Origin: Octopus vulgaris
Taxonomy: Eukaryota
Assembly (NCBI GenBank): GCA_951406725.2
Contig: OX597815.1
Span: 27,714,001 to 27,778,000 of the forward strand
Direction of reading: 5' to 3'
Length of the DNA stretch: 64,000 nucleotides
The notes beneath the pieces are model-generated. The model was not told where the DNA came from. It saw nothing but the letters and a program-made list of their open reading frames with translations, and did not search any database. The position numbers and the translations under genes were made by a program. This document shows positions 24,573 to 36,000 of this stretch, in pieces; the first letter of the stretch is position 1; every line of letters begins with the position of its first letter.

Positions 24573-26039
24573 CTTGCACTAGCTTCTGCCTTCTTGTTAC
24601 TGTTAGCCATGTTATATTCAATTGTTACAGCCCTTCTGAATCATTCAACCCTGCACTTTGAGGTTTTGCTAAGTATTCTCTGAGAATTTAACTGTTATAC
24701 AAGTTATACACCTGTTAACAAGTTAGGATATAGCAAGACACGTCTCTCTATCACACATTAGCCTCTCAACATCTGGCATAAACCTCCTCTCTTCATATGC
24801 ACACTTAGTCGAAGAGGCTTTTTCCATTCTTCTGTCTTCTAAGGTACTTGGCAACTTCACTAGTGCCGGTTGCATGAAAAAAAAAGAAGCCCACCCAGTA
24901 CTCTGTGAAGTGGTTGATGTTACAAAGAGAACAACCAGGCCGTGGGAACCATGCTAAAGCTGATGTTGGAGATTGATGCAGTCCTGTGGCTTGCAGGATC
25001 CTGTCAAACTGTCCAACCTATGCCAACATGGAAAATCGATGAGTCGACCCGTACCAGTCAGCAGATGCATGCACCGCACGCACACGTGCTAGTCAGTAGA
25101 CTAGTCAGCACCCACAATAAAAACAAAAAACCCTCCACATGTATAAATATGTGTGAACTGTAAATCAGAGGTGGTGGGTGGAATATATCTATCTAATAAA
25201 ATAAACGACTGAATGAATGAAAATAAAACGAATTTTGAAATCGAAATAAGATGTTTTACTAGATAGGTAGATCAGGTCTGGTCAGGTCATTGATAGATAG
25301 CATGGGTGCTCGCGTCTGTCCACAGAATGGCACACCAAAGATCCAATTGTAATGTTGGCAAAGTACCATGAGCTATTCAGGCTAAAATATTGAGTACTAA
25401 GTGAATAATCTTGTAACTTAGAAAACTCTAATGGTACATTGATGAATGGTGTAAAGGCTGGGCAGGGAGATAAGTAAGGCAGTTTTCATATTGATAATTT
25501 TCACTTATCCAACTCTGCAGCTTATTTCTCCAATTGCAAATGCTTGGTTTACACCTGTGAGCACATTTTCTTTTTGACGTTGTCTGAAGTTTGTTCAATA
25601 TGTTTCCCAGACTTTCACTAGTTCCTCTAAAATATAAAATTCTCTTACTATCTGCTACACAGTTATTTGTCATCGTGGCAACTTCAATCATTTTAGTTTT
25701 AACGTGGTTGTATATTTGTTGTTTTCTTGATATTATTTTTACACAAAATCATGACAACATTTTTAAAACCTCACTTGTATGACTGAGTTTCTATATTGGA
25801 ACTGAAATCAGCCTAGCTGCAAAGAGACATTTTGACTTGCCTTTGATAATGATGAACCCTGAAACTTACTGGTATCTGGTGTGCTGGGCTTTCAGTTGAC
25901 AGCACTTGCATAAGCAAGCTGATTCTAAGTCTCTAACCTGATGTTTGTGTGAATTTTACATACTGATAATTGGCTAACACTAAAAAAAAAAAATTCATTT
26001 TTACATAACATTTATGTTAGGGATAATCCCTAGCAGCTA

Positions 26040-26508
26040 ACCGGCTTCCGTGCCAGTGGCACTTAAAGGGCACCATTCGAGCGTGATCGTTACCAGCGTC
26101 GCCTTACTGGCACTTGTGCCCGTGCTAGTAGGGTGCCAAGAGCACCATCCGAGCGTGATCGTTGCCAGAGCAGCCAACTGGCTTCCGTGCCAGTGGCATG
26201 TAAAAGGGCACCATTTGAGTGTGATCGTTACCAATGTCACCTTACTGGCACCTGTGCTGGTGGCATGTGTAAAAGGATTCGAGCGAGGTCGTTGCCAGTA
26301 CCGCCTGACTGGCCCCCGTGCTGGTGGCACATAAAAAGCACCCGCTACACTTTCTGAGTTGTTGGCGTTGGGAAGGGCATCCAGCTGTAGAAACTCTGCC
26401 AAATCAAGATTGGAGCCTGGTGCAGCCATCTGGTTTGCCAGCTCTCAGTCAAAATCGTCCAACCCATGCTAGCATGGAAAGTTGACGTTAAACGATGATG
26501 ATGATGAT
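26040..26508 (+). mobile_element. (GAT)n-tailed SINE-like repeat with internal tandem units
   Basis: Repeated gtgccagtggca...aaagggcacc units and a catgctagcatgga...gatgatgat tail. Confidence 0.8.
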
Positions 26509-26716
26509 ATAAATATGTTTTCGGTGAAGGACTATGGTCAACTTTTACACAAGATATATGGAAAATTCCAGATCTTTTGGCCAAAAGTTGGGAATTGACT
26601 TTTACATGAAATATTTTATCTATGCTTACACATGTATATATGGTAGCTATCAACATTCTCTTAACTAGAAATAAACATATTTCTCATCACCTAGTGATTG
26701 TTGTTTGCTGGGAATT

Positions 26717-27070
26717 CATCATCATCGCTTAACGTCCACTTTCCATGCTAGCATGGGTTGGACGGTTTGACTGGGGTCTGGGAAGCCAGGAGGCTGCACC
26801 AGGTCCAGTCTGATCTGGCAGCATTTCTACAGCTGGATGTCCTTCCTAACACCAACCACTCTGTGAGTGTAGTGGGTGCATTTTACATGCCACTGGCATG
26901 GTGCTAAGCGAGGCTAGCAATGGCCACGATCAGTTGGTGCTTTTTACGTGCCACCGGCATGGAGGCCAGTCGGGGCGGTGCTGGCAACGGCCACATTCGG
27001 ATGGTTCTTTTACATGCCACCGGCACTAGTATCACAACTACAGTTTCCATTGATTTTTGAGCAATTTCGA
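26717..27070 (-). mobile_element. (GAT)n-tailed SINE-like repeat, inverted
   Basis: catcatcatcgcttaacgtccactttccatgctagcatggg... is the reverse complement of the family tail. Confidence 0.8.
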
Positions 27071-27223
27071 TTTGCTGTTGTCGTTTTTGTTTTAGAGAAT
27101 TTGCTACTCTGTAATTAAAATGGATATGTATGAATTTGTTCTTAAAAATGAAAGTTTACATTTCTTACCTTATTGAAAATTTGTTTTTCTTACATGTTGC
27201 TTTTTTTTCTTTTTTCATAATAG

Positions 27224-27293
27224 CTAGCAAAACAAAATCATTGCGGAAAGGTGTCAGAGAGGTACAAAAGTTTATAAGACGAGGAGAAAAGGG
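27224..27293 (+). CDS. NHP2: NHP2 exon 2
   Basis: tag|CT...GG|gtgagt, reading ASKTKSLRKGVREVQKFIRRGEKG (L7Ae-fold RKGVREV motif). Confidence 0.95.
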
Positions 27294-27392
27294 GTGAGTT
27301 TATAAACTATATCAATCAGTTCTCTCACATTCCACTAAACTTAAAGACTGTTTACTTAATTCCGAAAAGAAATATTGGAATATGATTTTTAA

Positions 27393-27603
27393 CCCTTTAG
27401 TGTTCACATTATTCTGCCAAAATTAATGCTTAATTATCCACATTCTTTTGAACTAATCATGCATTATCTTGTAGCTATGAGATTTTGATGAGGTAGCTGT
27501 TAATTTTTAAAACAATATTGTAGGGCTGGTGTGAGAAACCAGATCTGGCCAGTTTGAACATAAAACAAGCAGAATACTTTTGGCCGGTTTAAATGCTAAA
27601 GGG
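27393..27603. mobile_element. piggyBac-type MITE (family 1)
   Basis: TTAA|CCCTTTAG ... CTAAAGGG|TTAA. Related copies lie at ~31083-31292, with fragments at ~29350 and ~30260/30850. Confidence 0.8.
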
Positions 27604-28090
27604 TTAAAGTGCCTTGGATAATAATTGTTTCTAATTTTGACACAAGACCAGCATGCTTGAGAGTAGGTTGTTAATTGATACCATTAACCCAAGTACTTAA
27701 CTGGTACTTCTTGTTTATCAACCTCAGAAGGATGAAAGACAGAATTAACTCTGGTGGGATTTGAACTCAGAAGGTAGTTAGCCAGAAGAAATACTGCAAG
27801 ACATTTTTCTGATACTTTAACAATTCTGGCAACTCACTACCTGATGTGTCATTATCATGGTCATCATTTCGCTTAATATCCTTGGGTCAGACAGAATTTC
27901 TTGAAGCAAATTTTGTATGTTCAGATGCCTTCATATTACCAATCCTCATCTATTTCTAAGCAAGTTAATATTTTCCCATAACTAGACATGATTTCCACAG
28001 AAGATTAGAAACAAACACCTGGCTTGTATGACAATGAGATACTCATTTACTGTTTTCATGTATGTCTAGACAAGGCTACACAAACATAAA

Positions 28091-28460
28091 TCATCATCAT
28101 CATTTAACGTCCGCCTTCCATGCTAGCATGGGTTGGACGATTTTGACTGAGGGCTGGAGAACCAGATGGCTGCACCAGGTTTCAATCTTGATCTGGCAGA
28201 GTTTCTACAGCTGGATGCCCTTCCTAACGCCAACCACTCCGAGAGTGTAGTGGGTGCTTTTTACGTGCCACCGGCACAGGGGCCAGTCAGGCGGTACTGA
28301 CAATGACCTCACTCGAAAATTTTTACACGTGCCAGTGAAGCGACATTGGTAACGATCACACTCGAATGGTGCGCTTGTACATGCCATGGGTACGAATGCC
28401 AGTTGGCTGCTCTGGCAACGATCACGCTCGGATGGTGGGGTACGGAAGCCAGTTGGCCGG
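28091..28460 (-). mobile_element. (GAT)n-tailed SINE-like repeat, inverted
   Basis: Close reverse-complement match to 26040-26508. Confidence 0.8.
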
Positions 28461-29610
28461 GGTTCTTTCAGTTTCCGTCTTACAATAATGATAATAATAC
28501 TTCTTTCTTTGTCAGAAGACTAGCAATTTTGACTTGGTGGGAAAGTTGGTCAGATTGACCTGTGTTCAACTAGTACTTTATTGACTCTGAAAGAATGAAA
28601 GGCAAAGTTGACCTTGGTAGAATTTGAACTCAGAACGCATTGGCAAATGAAACACTGCTAAGCATTTTATCCAGTGTGCTAATGATTCTGATACTTCACT
28701 ATCTTGATACTAATTATTATAACCATAGTATTTATGTTTTGTGATATATGTATACACAGTCACCAATATGAGGTCTTCTGGCATTATCATAATCATCATG
28801 GTCTTTTTAATGTCTATATTTTGGTAATGATATGAAATATGAACCAGATTGGTCTGCAAAACAATATGTCTGTCATTTCATTTAGCCTGTTTTTTTTTTT
28901 TATATATTTTATTTATTTTGTGTATGTATATTTGTAATATGAGGATATGAATTGTGTAAGTCTCGAGTAGAATAAAAACTTTTGAATAGGCAGCAGCGGA
29001 TGTTATTTCAGTATTAAGCGGGCAAGTAAAATATGAGATCATTTTTGTCTTTACGTGCCTGCATCCAGACATCCCGATTGTATATAATACCTCTTTCTCT
29101 CATCTGAAGTTCATGGCCTATTTTCTAAATTTAAAGTCCTTTTTCCTATTCTCTGCTCTCCAATAATTAGTAACTAGGATTGTTGGTACCATGATAAAAT
29201 GCACTCTGTACACACTAAAGTGTGTGGCCAAGAGGACGCTTCAGTTTGATCAAAGACATGACAAACCCTCTAGTACTGGCATCATGGTAAATAGCACTCA
29301 CTACACTTTGTAAAGTGGTTAGTCTTAGGAAGAATATTTGGCCATATAGAAAGCCGGTCACTTTGAACATGCAACAGGTAGAATATTTGGGCCGAATATG
29401 GTTGGTTTAAAAGCTAATAGGTTTATCAAGTTATGATCATCCAACTTGTCTAGAGTAGTTACAACCCATGTCAACATGATAGCGGATGTAAAATGATGTT
29501 CTTCCTTTATTTTGAAAAAAATTTCCTTTCAAATGTTTGTCTTTGCAACACCCCAAAACTACTTTATAACTACCATCATCATGTCTGTTCTCCATGCTTT
29601 CACATTCAAT

Positions 29611-29935
29611 CATCATCATCATCGTTTTAATGTCTATTTTCCATGCTAGCATGGGTTGGATGGTTCAACTGGTGTCTGGGAAGCCAGGAGGCTACACCAG
29701 GCCCAGTCTGGTCTGGCGGTGTTTCTACAGCTGGATGCCCTTCCTAATGCCAACCACTCCGTGAGTGCAGTGGGTGCTTTTTACGTGCCAGGTGAAGCTG
29801 GCAACGGCCACAATTGGATGGTGCTTTTTACGTGCCACCGGCACGGAGGCCAGTCGGGGCGGCGCTGGCAACGGCCACGTTCGGACGGTTCTCTTATGTG
29901 CCACCGGCACTGGTATCGCAACTACAATTTCCATT
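29611..29935 (-). mobile_element. (GAT)n-tailed SINE-like repeat, inverted
   Basis: Same family, starting with (CAT)n. Confidence 0.8.
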
Positions 29936-30058
29936 AATAATTCAAGAATTATTTAAATTGTCATCATTTACTGAATATGAGATTGAAGAATTCTGCTATA
30001 TTTTGGATCTAATTTAATAAATGTTTAAATTCGATTTTTTTCTTTCTTCACAATCCAG

Positions 30059-30164
30059 GTTAGTGATTTTAGCAGGTGACATCAGTCCTATTGATATCTA
30101 CAGCCACATTCCTATCATGTGTGAAGACAACCAGATTTCTTATTGTTATGTTCCTTCCAAAGAT
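30059..30164 (+). CDS. NHP2: NHP2 exon 3
   Basis: ccag|G...GAT|gtgagt, reading LVILAGDISPIDIYSHIPIMCEDNQISYCYVPSKD. Confidence 0.97.
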
Positions 30165-30294
30165 GTGAGTTTACTTCTTTTGATACTTTTCAAGTATAAA
30201 ATGGATATTTAAGAACTTGAGTACATAGACTGATGATTTGTACAAATAGTCAGTAGAAATCCGGCCACTTTGAACACGAAACAAGTAGAATATT

Positions 30295-30830
30295 TTTAAT
30301 TTAATTTAATTTTTTTGGCTCAAATAGCAAAAGCATGGCTATGTAGGGGGACACGGAGTTATGTACAGGGAGGGTGTTCATACAAAGAGTTCAGGCCATT
30401 TCTGGTCAAGAGAGACTTTGAACCGAGCGGTCGTTGGCATCTTCACTATCTCGTCCGGCAGCTTATTCCACGAATCTGCAACCTGGACGGAGAAAGCCCC
30501 TCTCTTTCAATTGAGATGAAATTGTCGTAGATAGAACTTTTTGAAGTGACCCCGCAGCCCACGCTCTGGAGCAAGAGTGAAGAACAGCTCTTTCGAGAGG
30601 TTACACTTTCTGCTTATGATGTTGTGAGCGAGAATGAGATCACCAAGGTGGTGGCGTTTATCGAGAGAATAAAGGTTGAGCGTCTTCAGCCTTTCTTCAT
30701 AAGACAAATGCCTGAGACCAAGAACCATGCAGGTAGCCAGCTTCTGGACTCTTTCGAGATGATGTATGTCTTTGAGGAGATAAGGAGAAGAGGCTTGAAT
30801 CCCGTACTCCAATATGGGTCTCACCAGCGT
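30295..30830 (-). mobile_element. CR1-clade LINE 3' fragment nested in a piggyBac MITE remnant
   Basis: VRPILEYG..SPYLLKDIHHLERVQKLAT..LSYEERLK..GDLI with an (ATTAA)n tail. MITE sequence resumes on both sides. Confidence 0.85.
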
Positions 30831-31451
30831 CGGATATGGTCAGTTTAAAAGCTAAAGGGTTAAGTTGTGATCATCCAAGTGGATGTAAAATGATGTTCCT
30901 TTGTTTTGAAAAACCAATGAGCCAACAGGGAAGCTTGTATATGATTGCTCAACTTTTAGAAATAGCAGCTAAATTTTTCTTAAATCTCATGTTGAATGAG
31001 GAAACAGTCCAATAAATATAGTACTACATGTCCTGTATTACCATTGGTGAAACAAAATTGTCCTCCCAGTTGAAATTCTTAACCCTTTAACATTTAGATT
31101 ACTGTCAAATGTAATGTTTATTTATTCTCATTGTTTTGAATTAATCATGTTTTATCTCACTGCTTCTAGATTTTGATGATGTGATTGTTTATAGAATAGT
31201 ATTGTAGGAAAGATGTGAGGGGGCCAGATCTGGACAATTTTGAATATGAGACAGATTATTTGGGCTGGATATGGTCAGTTTAGATGCTAACGGTCAAGTA
31301 TGCATGAAATTTATGTAATTTTATTTCTTTCTTTTGCCTCTTATTCAAATATCTCAATATCCCTATTGAAAATTATGTTAAAGAAAATATTGGAACATTC
31401 ATAAAATAAAGATTACATTGTTGTTTTTTTTTCCCCCCTGCTTTCCCTCAG

Positions 31452-31577
31452 GATCTTGGTGCCGCATGTGGAACAATACGGCCAGTCAGTTTGGTAATGA
31501 TAAATAAAAATGAAGCATTTGAAGAGCTGTACACAGAATTGCATGAGGAAATGAAAACTTTGCCGGTTCCTATTTGA
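31452..31577 (+). CDS. NHP2: NHP2 exon 4 (stop)
   Basis: ctcag|GAT..., reading DLGAACGTIRPVSLVMINKNEAFEELYTELHEEMKTLPVPI*. The spliced CDS is 420 nt, or 139 aa. Confidence 0.95.
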   Translation, partial: DLGAACGTIRPVSLVMINKNEAFEELYTELHEEMKTLPVPI

Positions 31578-31592
31578 TTTGTATTTTTCTAA

Positions 31593-31598
31593 AATAAA
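31593..31598 (+). terminator. NHP2 polyadenylation signal
   Basis: AATAAA 15 nt after the stop codon, followed by T-rich sequence. Confidence 0.6.
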
Positions 31599-31628
31599 TT
31601 ATATATCAAATTTTAAATTTTTATTTAA

Positions 31629-31848
31629 CCCTTTCGTTACTGTATTTCTCTTGAGATGCTCTGTGTTTCTTTCAATTACTTTAAATATAACAAAGAATTT
31701 AGTAAAATAACTTAGTTATCATTCAGCTAGTGTTAGGAACATAAATTGTGACTAAGGTTTGGTGGAAAATTTTAATTCAGAACTTATGAAAATAAAACAT
31801 TTGTACCCAGAGCCAAAGCCGGTTTCAGCCGGGTTGGTAATGAAAGGG
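31629..31848. mobile_element. piggyBac-type MITE (family 2), just after the NHP2 polyA signal
   Basis: TTAA|CCCTTTCGTTAC ... GTAATGAAAGGG|TTAA. Confidence 0.85.
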
Positions 31849-32261
31849 TTAAGCTTTACAATAATTGAAGTTTTCTGTTCTGAAATAGGTGTTGTATGTA
31901 GAAGGTGAAGGATGATATCATTTGAATAGGAACGTGTTCTTAGAAGTGATAGCAAGTACATTAATGTGCAGAAGAAAGATATTAGCAAACCTGGAAGTAG
32001 ACTAGAGTTGATAATGAGAAAGAGCCCTGTCAGCATGAAATATTTGATAGTCTGAGGAGATCCTCATTCAAGGTAGGATTGAAAGCTTGTTTTCAACAAA
32101 GATTTCAAGGAACCACTAGTAAGTGATATATAGAAGTCTCCTTTAGATCTAGTAGTAGTCAAAGATGAAGAAAATCTCAAGTTGATTATTAATTTTTTCC
32201 ATAATTTTCAATGAGTTGTAGCCAGAGATGGTACTTTTATTTTTGTCTTTGAGGATATGTG

Positions 32262-33066
32262 TAAGCTCGCAAGAAATGAAGCCAGTATGCTCTGATGGAT
32301 GTGTAATGTCAGTGTTCATACTCGACAGAGTGTAAGTACCTTGAGAGAAAAGTTGGACCTAAGAAGCATCAGGTGTGCAAGAGTGACATTTGCGCTGGTA
32401 TGGTCATGTGGCGAGAATGGATGAAGATAGTTGTGTGAAAAAGTGCCACACCCTAGCGGTTGAGGGAACCTATGGACGAGGTGGTGAAGCATGACCTTCG
32501 AACTTTAGGTCTCACCGAGGAAATGACTAGAGACCGAGACCTTTGGAAGTATTCTGTGCGTGAGAAGACCCAGCAGGACAAGTGAGGCCATAACCCGTGG
32601 CCTCAGTCCACTTATGCATACTTTTCCTTCTTGGGACACAAAACTCTACTTGTGAAGACCTGTTGAGGCAAGTGAAAAACAAAATCAAAATCGATCAACA
32701 TCAATGGAAATCATAGCTGTGATACCAGTGCCAGTGGCACATAAGAGAACTATCCGAACGTGGCCATTGCCAGCGCCACCCCAACTGCCTCCGTGCCAGT
32801 GGCACGTAAAAAGCACCATCCAATCGTGGCCGTTGCCAGCCTCGCCAAGAAGTACCATCCAGTTGTGGCCATTTGCCAGCCTTGTCTGGCACGTAAAAAG
32901 CACCCACTACACTCATGGAGTGGTTGGCGTTAGGAAGGGCATCCAGCCGTAGAAACATTGCCAGATCAGACTGGGCCTGGTGCAGCCTTCTGGCTTCCCA
33001 GACCTCAGTTAAACCGTCCAACCCATGCCAGCATGGAAAGCGGACGCTAAACGACAACGACGATGA
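32262..33066 (+). mobile_element. RTE LINE 3' fragment continuing into the (GAT)n-tailed repeat
   Basis: KLARNEASML*WMCNVSV..LREKL..RWYGHVARM remnants, followed by the family 3' region and tail. Confidence 0.75.
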
Positions 33067-36000
33067 TAGGGCACATTGGCATATTTCTAGAGATAAATCA
33101 GTATATGGGCCATCTCTTGATGTTTTAATTGGCTGCTTGAATGCAAAATAGTTGGTTAATGAACATTTGCTACTGAAGACTAGAGAAGAATGAGTTTCAA
33201 CATTATATCTGTTTCTTTAAGATGCCAGTTTCTAGATTTTGATTAAGGCTTCTTAAATTTAGATTCTTCCGATGAAGCATTTTTAATGAAATGTCATAAA
33301 GACAAACCATTGGTGTATTACTGGCAGAATTTCAACAAAGTCAAAAAAAAAAAAAAAAAATAAAATTAAATTGAAGTTTTAAATGTTTATAATTTTATTA
33401 GACACTTCAACAGTTGGATTTCACAAATCCTGACATTAACATATTTGAATTGAGCTGCTTGTATTATTTATATGGTACAGAAAAATATTGAAGCTTACAT
33501 GAAAACAAAATTGACAAGCATAACAAAATGACAGCATTGCCTCAGCAGAACTCACATAAGACTTTATGTAGCTGTTATTACCAGCAAAAAGGTCTAACAT
33601 GTTCAGCATAGGAAAGAAGAAAAATAATGAGTGAAAAAACAACAAAACAGGATGTAACAGACAAAATTTGCTTCAGCAAGGATCTAGAATAGGTTGGTTT
33701 GTGAATTTTACTTTCCACATTTATTTTTAATAAATAAATAAATAAATGAATGGTCAATTAGATGATTTAGGAGACTTTTTAAATTAAAAATTAAACCCTA
33801 ACTCACCTCCTATGGATGATAAAAAAAAAAAACTTCAAATCATTCATGCTGATATCACATCGTATAAGTAGAGAGAAAGGAACAACTTGTATAAAGGTGT
33901 ATACATACATAATTTGAAAAAGGTAATCGAAATCTGATATGAAAGACTAAATATTTTTAATCCATTTACTTGATTTTGAGTGTCTTGCCATGAAGAAACA
34001 ATTACAAACATTAAAAGTATCTATTCTAAATCATTTTTTTGCTTTCATATATTGGCATGGGGTTGAAAGGTTCCCCAACATGGCATGAGTCTCCATGAAA
34101 AGCTGACCCTAGCTTTCATATACTACCTATTACCTCATGGCTTTTTATTCAGTACTCATCCAATCAAATTACATATAGCACTAGTGCAGTCATCTCTTGT
34201 ACACAAAAGGTAATGCTTGTGATTCCTAGGCACTTTTCATTCAACCCTTTGTTAAAATTAATACTGCTCATTCAGCATATACTCAACTTATTACTTTCTA
34301 ACATAAGTATCTGCTGATGGTTTACCTTTCATATGCCACAACATAAGTATCAAACTGTCCACCCTTTATACACAGACTACTGTTTTTGAAACTTTCCTAT
34401 CAGGAGAGCCACCTCCAACTCTTGTTACCAAGAATTACTACTTTTTTTTAAAAACATCTTAAAAATGCTTGGATTTTTTTTGTCATTTGTTACATCTGAA
34501 ACTTCACAAAAGTTGAGGTAATCACACTGAGTTTGAACTTAATCCCTGAAAATAATGGGCATTTCTAACTAGATAATACATTAGACATATCTTCTTGGTT
34601 TCAAATAGCTCTCAGACTGATTATGCTATAAAGTCATCTAGAAACTAGCTCTCAATCAAGAACTATGAATGACCTGAAAATAAAAGGGTTGAGGACAGAC
34701 GCTTGTGGACATTCTTTAAATCTTAAATTCCACTCTGAACATCTCATTTATTCTGAGTTGGCTTTTAGCCGCTTCATACCTGAGCAATTTTATATTTTGT
34801 GTGAGCTTTCTCATTATATGAGATCCTGCCAAAAACCTTACTATGTCAATAAATGCAAGATAGAGTTGTTTATTTTTTGCCAAATAGTTTCTGCGGTTGT
34901 TTCACCAGCTGTACATTCACATCCAAGAACAAACCCAGGCTTAATTTGTTTCACTAAAGTTAAAAAAAAAAACAAAAAAACCTTAGAACTATCTTCTTAA
35001 AATTTCATAAGAGAAATGTAATTCTTCATATGTATTTTAAAAATATATAAAAATATAAAATGAAACAATAAATTGGATTGAAATTAAGTGTGTTCATTGG
35101 CAAGATAAGCAGATAATAAATTATCACGCATTAACACTCAATTTAAATTTATGGAGTAATATTTTTTTCATTAAAAACAGAGAAACGGGAAGGGGAAAGG
35201 AAAAAAACTAAATCACAGACAAAGAAAAAGAGGAAGAGCAAACAAAGGAAGGTGACTTGTGTTTCCTTAATACAAGTGTATTTATATAATTTTCACATGA
35301 AGTTTCAAACAATATATAATTTTAACATTTAAAAATTCTTTTGTACATTTGTGTAAAATAGGAGGTGGGGAATAACAACAATATAACGCTGAATTCTTAT
35401 CACATACAGGTGAATTTTGTAATTATTTACATGAAAAGAACATTTAAAAAAAAAAAATTCTAATTCTTAGAATTTACTGAACAATATCATAAAACACTTT
35501 TTGACTTAAATTATTTTCTGAGAAATCTAGAAAAGAATTTAAAATAACACAAATTTTTAAAATCCCAAAAACTATTTTCTAAAAATAGTTGTATTTAATA
35601 TAAAACTAATGTATAATACTTTTTTGCTTTGAATTTAAAAATTCATAGTTTGTATAATTGTTGCTAGTCACTGCTTATTAACTAATTAATAAATTATAAA
35701 AAATAAAACATACTCATTGTTATAAACTTAATAAGACTTCAAAATATTATTAGTAGCATTATACAAATAAATATAATTACTCTATGGCTTTGATTTCTTT
35801 TCTGAAACTTTTCAGATATTTATTAAAACATAATAATAATAACAAAAGAAGCGAAACATTGCTTCTTGAATTGTCACTATGAGTGAATGTAACAACAGAC
35901 AATGATATGAGTTGACTCAAACTTAATTATTTGAAACATGTGGGCCTTGCTTTATACTCATTTATAAATGTTATCAAAAGCAAATCATTGGATCATTTGA

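Noticed and set aside
22609-31451. Intronic snoRNAs in NHP2
   Set aside because: No C/D or H/ACA unit could be supported by eye. It would need snoscan, snoReport or Infernal.
26037-33151. Recurring ORFs containing LQLDALPNAN or HASMGW
   Set aside because: Chance reading frames of one abundant SINE/LINE-tail family.
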